Shown one piece after another: positions 18,181 to 24,000 of a stretch of 24,000 bases of DNA; positions within the stretch are counted from its first letter, which is position 1, and the number at the start of each line of letters is the position of its first letter. The stretch covers positions 532,550 to 556,549 of the forward strand of contig NZ_LT960614.1 of NCBI RefSeq assembly GCF_900231165.1, read 5' to 3'. Both the position numbers and the translations under genes were made by a program. The notes under the pieces are model-generated. The model worked only from the letters and a program-made list of their open reading frames with translations. It had not been told where the DNA came from and did not search any database. The stretch is from Hartmannibacter diazotrophicus (GTDB lineage: Bacteria > Pseudomonadota > Alphaproteobacteria > Rhizobiales > Pleomorphomonadaceae).

Positions 18181-19160
18181 TCGGGTCGTCGCGCCTTCTC
18201 GGCTTCGGTCACCATGTGCCAGGCCGCAAGGTAATGAACGCGGAAATCGAGGCCGACCTCGGGCTGGAAGCGGGCTGGATCGAGCGGCGCACGGGCATCC
18301 TGTCGCGCTTCTGGGCGGCGGACCAAGATACGCTGTCGGGCCTTGCCACCCAGGCTGGCGAGATGGCGCTGGCGAATGCCGGAATCGTGCGCGGCGACAT
18401 CGGCCTCCTCCTGCTCGCGACCTCGACGCCCGATCACCTCCTGCCGCCGAGCGGGCCGCTTGTGGCGCACAAGCTCGGGCTCGCCCGAGCGGGTGCGGTC
18501 GACCTGACCGGCGCCTGCGCGGGTTTCATCTATGCGCTGACATTCGCCGACGGTTTCGCCCGCCTGCACGGCAAGCCGGTGCTCGTCATCGCGGCCAATA
18601 TCTTGAGCCGGCGTATCAATCAGGCCGAACGCGCCAGTGCCGTGCTCTTTGCCGATGCCGCGGGCGCAGTGGTGATCGGCCCCGGCGGAACGCCCGGTCA
18701 GGGCATTCTCGGTGCCTCGGTGGATTCGGATGGATCGCGCTACGGGCTGATCCAGATTCCCGCGGGCGGAAGCAACGAGCCGTTCCACGGCGGCCTTGAG
18801 CCAGAACAGACGCGCATGACGATCACCGACGGCCGCGAAGTCTTTTCGAAGGCTGTCGCGATGATGACGGCCTGCTCGCAGGACGCTCTCGCCGCAGCCG
18901 GTCTGGAGCCGAAGGAGATTGACCGCTTCGTGCCGCATCAGGCCAACGCCCGCATCTTCGATGCGGTCGGGCGCAACCTCGGCATCGAGGATCGCCGGAT
19001 CGTCAAGACGATCGCCGACTACGGCAATTCCTCTGCCGCGACGATCCCGCTGTCGCTGTCGCTGGCCAGCCAAACGGCACCGTTCCAATCCGGCGAGAAA
19101 CTCCTTCTCGCGGCGGCGGGCGCGGGCCTCAGCGGCGGTGCGCTCGTCGTTGGCTTTTAG
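18177..19160 (+). CDS. bioZ: FabH-like 3-oxoacyl-ACP synthase III, BioZ-type (pimeloyl-thioester synthesis)
   Basis: ORF 18177..19160 with an ATGA overlap with bioA. KAS III catalytic triad contexts are present ([33 protein letters not shown]). It is the last gene of a bioBFDA string, as described for Mesorhizobium bioZ. Confidence 0.8.
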   Translation: MIGSSRLLGFGHHVPGRKVMNAEIEADLGLEAGWIERRTGILSRFWAADQDTLSGLATQAGEMALANAGIVRGDIGLLLLATSTPDHLLPPSGPLVAHKLGLARAGAVDLTGACAGFIYALTFADGFARLHGKPVLVIAANILSRRINQAERASAVLFADAAGAVVIGPGGTPGQGILGASVDSDGSRYGLIQIPAGGSNEPFHGGLEPEQTRMTITDGREVFSKAVAMMTACSQDALAAAGLEPKEIDRFVPHQANARIFDAVGRNLGIEDRRIVKTIADYGNSSAATIPLSLSLASQTAPFQSGEKLLLAAAGAGLSGGALVVGF

Positions 19161-19288
19161 CGGGTCGAGAGCCTGCCGGGAGAACAACAAAGTTGGTCGA
19201 GGAGAATGGAAGCGCCGCTACGGCCTCCGCCGGATGCGATGGCGTAGCCTTGCCAAAGCCTTCCCCCTTCAGAGGAATCCATTTCAGC

Positions 19289-20077
19289 CTATCCCACATG
19301 CTCTTGCAGGACTGAAACGCGCACATCCTCTTCGATAAGCTTCCAGATTTCGTCGACATAACGCGCGAACTCCGGCGTTCTCTTGATGCTCAGGGGCCGA
19401 GGCCGCGGCAGATCGACATCGACGATCTTGTTGATACGTCCGGGGCGACGCGCAAAAACGAAGACGCGATCGGACAGATAGACCGCCTCGTCGATCTGGT
19501 GCGTTACGAACAGAACGGTCTTGGCGCCGGCCTCCCAGACGCGCAGCAGTTCGGTCTGCATGATTTCGCGCGTCTGCGCGTCCAAGGCCGAAAACGGCTC
19601 GTCCATCAGCAGCAATTCGGGGTCGACCGCCAGCGCTCGCGCAAGGTTGGCGCGTTGCCGCATGCCCCCGGAGAGGTTGCGCGGCGGAAACCCGGCAAAC
19701 CCATCCAGGCCCACGAGCTTCAGCAGCTCCGCAATCCGCTGCCGGGCTGCGTCATCGAGCGTGCCGTTGAGCTCCGGCCCGATCTGCACGTTCTCCTCAA
19801 CGGTCCGCCAGGGCAAAAGGCTGTCCTGCTGGAAAACGAACCCCCGGTCCATTCCGGGCCCGGAAATGACCTTACCGTCAAGGCGGGCGGCGCCCGAGGA
19901 CGCCGTTTCCAGCCCTCCGACGATCCTGAGAAAGGTCGTCTTGCCACATCCGGAGGGACCGACGATCGAGATGAACTCGCCATTCATCACATCGGCGGTG
20001 ATCCCGCTGAGAACGTTGAGCCCGCCAAAGCTCTTGGTCAGCTCGGAGACGGCGAGCTTTCGATCCGATAGGGTCAC
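19289..20077 (-). CDS. ABC transporter ATP-binding protein (NitT/TauT, SsuB/TauB-like)
   Basis: ORF 19289..20077. Walker A GPSGCGKTT, signature LSGGMRQR, Walker B LLLMDEPFSALD. Confidence 0.9.
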   Translation of the reverse strand: MTLSDRKLAVSELTKSFGGLNVLSGITADVMNGEFISIVGPSGCGKTTFLRIVGGLETASSGAARLDGKVISGPGMDRGFVFQQDSLLPWRTVEENVQIGPELNGTLDDAARQRIAELLKLVGLDGFAGFPPRNLSGGMRQRANLARALAVDPELLLMDEPFSALDAQTREIMQTELLRVWEAGAKTVLFVTHQIDEAVYLSDRVFVFARRPGRINKIVDVDLPRPRPLSIKRTPEFARYVDEIWKLIEEDVRVSVLQEHVG

Positions 20078-20081
20078 GATG

Positions 20082-20906
20082 TCATTCCTTCCAGGGCAGA
20101 AGCCGGCCTTCCAGCCATTGGAAACCGCTTGTCAGGAGGATGCCCGACAGGGCGAGGATCGAAACGCCGGCGAAGAGTTCCGGCATGTTGAACGTCTCGG
20201 CCGATTGACTGATCAACTGCCCGAGGCCCGCTCTTGCGCCGAAGAGTTCGGCGACGACGACGCCGATCAGGCCGCGACCGATGCCGAGCCGCAGGCCGGC
20301 GAAGATGAACGGCAGCGCCGACGGAAGCGCGACTTTCAGAAAAACCTGGCGCCGGGAAGCGCCGAAGCTTCTGACCATCTCCACCAGTTGCGTGCTCGTG
20401 GTCCGGAGCCCCGTTTCGGTGTTGATGATGACCGGGAAGACGACGAGGATGGCCACGACCACGATCTTCGACACGATGCCGACGCCGAACCAGAGAATGA
20501 AGAGCGGCGCCAGGGCGACGGTCGGCGTCGCGTAGAGCCCCGAAATCCAGGGCTGCAGGGCCTGCTTGGCCGGAGCGGAACTCGAGATCAGCATTCCGAC
20601 TGCAATGCCGAGAATGCAGGCGCCGACATAGCCGATGACGAACTCGAGCCCGCTGACCCACATGTGGTATTGCAGCTCGCCCGTGCGGGCCAGCTTCACC
20701 ATGGCGCCGAACACCTGCGTTGGCGCCGCCAGGAACAGCGTCGATCCGACGATGACCCGGCTGATGAATTCCCACAGCAGGAGCCCGGAGAGGATCGACG
20801 CGATCGCCCATCGGTTGTCGAGGATGTGAGAGAGGGTCCGCGCGGGAAAGGACAGAACCGGCGCCCCCGGCTGACCGGCGTTGTCTGCAGCTTTAATTGC
20901 GCTCAT
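20082..20906 (-). CDS. ABC transporter permease (NitT/TauT family)
   Basis: In the frame of ORF 20082..20927. ATG 20906 (MSAIKAAD) is preferred, with AGGA upstream. Hydrophobic protein with an EAA-type loop (VRSFGASRRQVFLKVALPSALPFIFAGLRLGIGRGLIG). Its stop lies 4 nt from the ATPase start. Confidence 0.85.
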   Translation of the reverse strand: MSAIKAADNAGQPGAPVLSFPARTLSHILDNRWAIASILSGLLLWEFISRVIVGSTLFLAAPTQVFGAMVKLARTGELQYHMWVSGLEFVIGYVGACILGIAVGMLISSSAPAKQALQPWISGLYATPTVALAPLFILWFGVGIVSKIVVVAILVVFPVIINTETGLRTTSTQLVEMVRSFGASRRQVFLKVALPSALPFIFAGLRLGIGRGLIGVVVAELFGARAGLGQLISQSAETFNMPELFAGVSILALSGILLTSGFQWLEGRLLPWKE

Positions 20907-20966
20907 GTGTTGTCCTGATCCGGGCAAGTGGAAGATCTGCTGTCATGTCGTTGCGCAGGCCGGTCG

Positions 20967-21824
20967 TCATAGCGGACGCGCCGCCTCGGCAATTTCTGCT
21001 CCGGTCGCCAGCCAGACACCGTCGTGGCGACAGATGTGTTCCAGGGCCCGGTCGACAGCGTCGATCCGGTGGGCGACCCCGGAGATGTAGGGATGCAGAG
21101 CGATGGGCAGCACGCGGGCCTGCACCTCGCCTTCGCGATACAGGACGTCGAACTGCCGGATGATCATGTCGGCGAAGTCGCCGGGCGACTGGTGCAGGGT
21201 CTCGTAGGCGCCCTTGTCGTTGATTTCGAAGGAATAAGGCACGGAGGCCAGCCGGCGTTCGCCGATCTGCATGAGATAGGGCTGATCGTCGTTGCACCAG
21301 TCGGCGACATAGTCGACATCGGCGGCGGCGAGATGACCCAGCGTATCCCAGCTCTCCTGCAGCCCCGCGCCGAGCCAGCCTTTCGGTCTCTTGCCGACGG
21401 CCTGTTCGATCGCGTCGAGCGTTCGCTGGATGAGCTTCGGCTCCTCCTCCGGCGGCACCTCGTTCAAGCGAACCGCGTTGCTCTCGCAATGGCCGATGAA
21501 CTCCCAGTCTCGCGACCGGCATTCCTCGACGATCTCGGGATGATAGTCGCAGATGTCGCTGTTGAGCGCCGCCGTCCCCCGAATGCCATAGCGGTCCATG
21601 ACCTCGAAGAGCCTGAAGATCCCGACCCGGTTGCCGTAATCGCGCCGGCTCCAGGACGGAACGTCCGGAATCTTGAGAGTGTTGGCCGTCGGGATCGCCT
21701 TGGTCAGCGGAAAGAATTCGATATTCGGGATAACCCAGACGGCAACCCGTGCATCGTTGCGGAAGCGGAATGGCGGACGCCGGTTGATCGCCGAGTATTT
21801 GAATGGTCCGTATGGTCCCGTCAT
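20967..21824 (-). CDS. polysaccharide-deacetylase-fold (CE4, PuuE-like) hydrolase, substrate unknown
   Basis: ORF 20967..21824, 285 aa. Divergent deacetylase/PuuE-allantoinase-like pattern (VAVWVIPNIEFF, RDYGNRVGIFRL, GTAALNS, EFIGHCESN, LHPYISG). It lacks the NodB-type TFDDG motif. Confidence 0.7.
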   Translation of the reverse strand: MTGPYGPFKYSAINRRPPFRFRNDARVAVWVIPNIEFFPLTKAIPTANTLKIPDVPSWSRRDYGNRVGIFRLFEVMDRYGIRGTAALNSDICDYHPEIVEECRSRDWEFIGHCESNAVRLNEVPPEEEPKLIQRTLDAIEQAVGKRPKGWLGAGLQESWDTLGHLAAADVDYVADWCNDDQPYLMQIGERRLASVPYSFEINDKGAYETLHQSPGDFADMIIRQFDVLYREGEVQARVLPIALHPYISGVAHRIDAVDRALEHICRHDGVWLATGAEIAEAARPL

Positions 21825-21837
21825 CTTGCGGCTCTTT

Positions 21838-22509
21838 TCATCTCATGGCGGAAAGATGGTCGACGATTTCGGCCGACGTCATGACGTCCGCGTATTTGTG
21901 GTGCATGTCGAACAGGCCGATCTTGTGCGACAGGGGGCTGCGATCGAAGCAGCAATCCTCGGCGACCGTGACGTGATAGCCATGGGAATACGCGTCGACC
22001 ACGCTGGCCCGGACGCAGCCGGATGTGCTCTCGCCGGCAATGATCACGCTCTGGATGCCGAGGCGCGCCAGATGCACCGTGAAAAGCGTGCCGAAGAACA
22101 CGCTCGCCCTCTCCTTGGCGATGATCGTGTCGTCGTCCTCGGGGGCAAAGGCGTCGTGAATATCGAAATCGCCCGCCGCCGCCTCGGACCCGGTCCGCAA
22201 CGTGGCCTTGACGCCGGCGCGTGGCACGCCCGTGCTGTAGAAGACGGGAAGTCCGCTCCGACGGGCTTCGGCGATGAGCCGAACCGTCGGAGGAATGGCG
22301 TTCCACGCCTCGATGCCGCAGCTCGAAGGGTAGGCATCGGCGACCTCGGCGATCGGCCGGGGACCGCCGGCATAGACGAGATTGTAGAGATCGATCAGCA
22401 GCAGAGCGGGCCGCGGGCCGACTTTGACCGCTCGGCTGTAGTGCCGGTAGAGATGCAGGACGTCCGCCGAAACGACGTCTTTCCAGCAGTGATCTTCGAA
22501 AGCGTTCAT
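21838..22509 (-). CDS. isochorismatase-family cysteine hydrolase (N-carbamoylsarcosine-amidase-like)
   Basis: In the frame of ORF 21838..22626. ATG 22509 (MNAFEDH) is preceded by AGGAAAG. The Asp-Lys-Cys triad contexts are present: PALLLIDLYN, IIAKERASVFFGT, IIAGESTSGCVRAS. Its stop lies 13 nt from the deacetylase start. Confidence 0.8.
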   Translation of the reverse strand: MNAFEDHCWKDVVSADVLHLYRHYSRAVKVGPRPALLLIDLYNLVYAGGPRPIAEVADAYPSSCGIEAWNAIPPTVRLIAEARRSGLPVFYSTGVPRAGVKATLRTGSEAAAGDFDIHDAFAPEDDDTIIAKERASVFFGTLFTVHLARLGIQSVIIAGESTSGCVRASVVDAYSHGYHVTVAEDCCFDRSPLSHKIGLFDMHHKYADVMTSAEIVDHLSAMR

Positions 22510-22563
22510 CGTGACTTTCCTGATCCCGCGCCCCGGGGGCCTTGCAGCCGGCTGGGGGCTGGG

Positions 22564-22602
22564 CTCGCAGCGGTCAGGCCACTGAGGACCCGACGCTGCG
22601 AG
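22564..22602 (-). other. intercistronic stem-loop (9-bp perfect stem CTCGCAGCG/CGCTGCGAG)
   Basis: Read directly in the 121-nt gap between the binding-protein stop (22631) and the hydrolase start (22509). The 21-nt interior can pair further (GTC/GAC). No U-tract, so it is not a classic intrinsic terminator. Confidence 0.4.
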
Positions 22603-22630
22603 CGCCGGATGCACACCAGAGCGCAAGCGC

Positions 22631-23611
22631 TCAGGGGAGCATCGCGTTGACGGTATCGTCGATGAAGCGCTTCGGATCGGCAGCGCCCTTCAACTCTCCC
22701 GCATCGCCGAGGACTTTCACCGTCGACGCGAGGGCTTCCGGCGTCATGGTCGCCTTATCGGGGAAGATGTGCAGCGCCATGTAGTAGTCGTAGGTCTTCT
22801 CGACGTCCGGGCGCTTGGCACCCGACTCGGCGACCAGGATGTCGATGGCCTCTTCGCGGTTCGCCTTGTCGTAGAACCACGCGACACCCTCATGGAGACC
22901 CTCCAGGAATGATGTGACGAGGGCCGGGTGCGCTTTCGCCCATTCGACATTGGCCGCATAGCCGGTGAACGGCATGTCCTTCACATAGTCGGCCAGTTCG
23001 CCAAGCTTGCTGAACCCGGCCGCGGAGGCGGCGAAGCTCGCGGGCGGATACAGGATGGCCGCATCGACGGCGCCGGACTGCAGCGCGGCATAGCGGGCAG
23101 GCGTGGTTCCGGCATAGGTCAGGTCGTAGTCGCCGTCGTTCAATCCGTTCGGGACGGCCATCCGCTCGAAGAAGATCCGCGTGACGTCCTTGGCGCCGCC
23201 GACGATGACCATTTTGCCTTTGAGCCCGGCGATGTCCTTGACGTCCTGCTTGCCCCAAAGGCTGTAGGGCGGCACCAGGGTCTCGAGCGTCAGGAGCGAC
23301 AGGCCCGCGCCCTGGTCGATGGCTCGGATCGGGTCGGTGAGACCGCCTGTGCCGAGGTCGCCCGAGCCGCCGGTGACCTGTTGCATCACCATCGCCGTCG
23401 AGGACGTCGAGAACAGATCGATGTCGATGTCACGGGACTTAAAGAAGCCCTTCGAGACGCCGATATAGAGCGGCCACTCGAGCGCCGACCCCTTTCCCGT
23501 GGTGATGATGCGAACGGTCTCCGCCTGCGCCGATGCGCTTCCCATCGCGAGAACGGCAAGACTAACAAGGAGCGCTTGCGCGATCCTGTAAATATAATTT
23601 CTCACTATCAT
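22631..23611 (-). CDS. ABC transporter periplasmic substrate-binding protein (NMT1/THI5-like, NitT/TauT family)
   Basis: In the frame of ORF 22631..23647. Signal peptide RIAQALLVSLAVLAMGSASAQA/ETV followed by an SsuA/TauA/NMT1-like body. Start uncertain: ATG 23647, 23632, 23626 or 23611, or the GTG two codons after 23611, which sits 6 nt downstream of AGGGGA. Confidence 0.8.
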   Translation of the reverse strand: MIVRNYIYRIAQALLVSLAVLAMGSASAQAETVRIITTGKGSALEWPLYIGVSKGFFKSRDIDIDLFSTSSTAMVMQQVTGGSGDLGTGGLTDPIRAIDQGAGLSLLTLETLVPPYSLWGKQDVKDIAGLKGKMVIVGGAKDVTRIFFERMAVPNGLNDGDYDLTYAGTTPARYAALQSGAVDAAILYPPASFAASAAGFSKLGELADYVKDMPFTGYAANVEWAKAHPALVTSFLEGLHEGVAWFYDKANREEAIDILVAESGAKRPDVEKTYDYYMALHIFPDKATMTPEALASTVKVLGDAGELKGAADPKRFIDDTVNAMLP

Positions 23612-23698
23612 TCCCCTATTGTTCATTTTCATGACGTTTACGAACATACGACCGTAGATTTTAAGATCGTAAGTTGTTATATCTTGATTTCGTATTGA

Positions 23699-23751
23699 TT
23701 GTTATTTTAAAGCAATTAATATGCCATGATATACGCTGCGACAAATAACAA
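23699..23751. promoter_or_regulatory. 9-bp perfect inverted repeat (TTGTTATTT-N35-AAATAACAA) in an AT-rich divergent intergenic region
   Basis: Read directly. It lies in the roughly 170-bp gap between the binding-protein gene (-) and the SDR gene (+). Hand counts give 32% and 30% G+C for 23641-23700 and 23701-23760. An additional direct TTGTTAT copy lies at 23684-23690, and TTGATT occurs twice. Confidence 0.4.
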
Positions 23752-23818
23752 AATATGCTGGATTATTCGTCATGAAAGATAAATCAACATTCGCATCGAC
23801 AGAGCGGGCGCCAATACA

Positions 23819-24000
23819 ATGAAGACGCCCGGATTCATCGTCGTTACCGGCGCCGGCAGCGGAATCGGTCTGGCTCTCGTTGAGGCCGCCTTGGCGCGTG
23901 GCAGGAGCGTTCTGGCCTGCGACATCAGGATCGATGCCCTGGCGGCGCTCGATCATCCTGCCTTGACCGTCCGCGCCCTCGACGTCCGGGACGGGACTGC
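23819..24000 (+). CDS. short-chain dehydrogenase/reductase, 3'-partial
   Basis: ATG 23819 reads MKTPGFIVVTGAGSGIGLALVEAALARGRSVLACDIR..., the classic SDR Rossmann TGxxxGIG motif. The frame is open to the window end, so it is absent from the ORF track (no stop). Confidence 0.7.
   Translation, partial: MKTPGFIVVTGAGSGIGLALVEAALARGRSVLACDIRIDALAALDHPALTVRALDVRDGT

Noticed and set aside
1-19160. A functional link between the mdc cluster (malonyl-ACP chemistry) and BioZ (which needs malonyl-ACP).
   Set aside because: MdcH loads the dedicated MdcC carrier, not the fatty-acid-synthesis ACP. The clusters are separated by a rearranged patch and sit in separate operons, so the idea rests only on a shared metabolite name.
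19206-19247. 13-codon ORF (MEAPLRPPPDAMA) after GGAGGAGA in the bioZ / ABC-ATPase convergent gap.
   Set aside because: The SD-like run abuts the ATG, so the spacing is too short. The peptide has no recognisable features and no conservation evidence is available. I also could not support a convincing terminator hairpin in this gap.
20967-21824. NodB-type chitooligosaccharide deacetylase (Nod factor synthesis), considered because of the symbiosis-island-like context.
   Set aside because: It lacks the NodB TFDDG/HxxxH motif pattern and is about 70 aa longer. It is embedded in a transporter operon rather than a nodABC context, and it resembles PuuE-like divergent deacetylase-fold hydrolases instead.
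1-24000. Mobile elements, CRISPR arrays, tRNA or rRNA genes, integrase or att sites.
   Set aside because: No transposase- or integrase-like ORF, no terminal inverted repeats, no regularly spaced repeats and no tRNA-like structure were recognised on either strand. The only signs of rearrangement are the two gene remnants flanking 6.0-9.5 kb.

Overview
High-GC (about 65-68%) accessory DNA with alphaproteobacterial (Rhizobiales) gene content. The FabH-like bioZ closing a bioBFDAZ operon, next to nadQ-nadABC, looks most like the vitamin region of a Mesorhizobium-type symbiosis island; that placement is inferred from gene content only. Left to right: (1) a tightly coupled malonate decarboxylase cluster, mdcA(5'-partial)-C-D-E-G-B-H, with no transporter or regulator visible. 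(2) A lower-GC patch holding a 945-aa winged-helix/NB-ARC (STAND) ATPase/TPR regulator on the minus strand, bracketed by a 5' stub of an alpha/beta-hydrolase gene and a decayed LysR-type gene. (3) nadQ (Nudix-like/wHTH NAD regulator), two tandem palindromic operators, then nadA-nadB-nadC-bioB-bioF-bioD-bioA-bioZ joined mostly by overlapping stop/start codons; nadB is split by a frameshift near 12644. (4) A minus-strand five-gene operon: NitT/TauT-type ABC binding protein, isochorismatase-like cysteine hydrolase, PuuE-like polysaccharide-deacetylase-fold hydrolase, permease, ATPase; substrate unknown. (5) A roughly 30% GC divergent control region and the 5' end of a short-chain dehydrogenase. 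No rRNA, tRNA, CRISPR array or intact mobile element was seen. Nothing is clearly an unprecedented system. The best leads are the apparent NadQ control of a fused NAD+biotin operon, the orphan transporter/two-hydrolase operon, and the scar-flanked STAND regulator.
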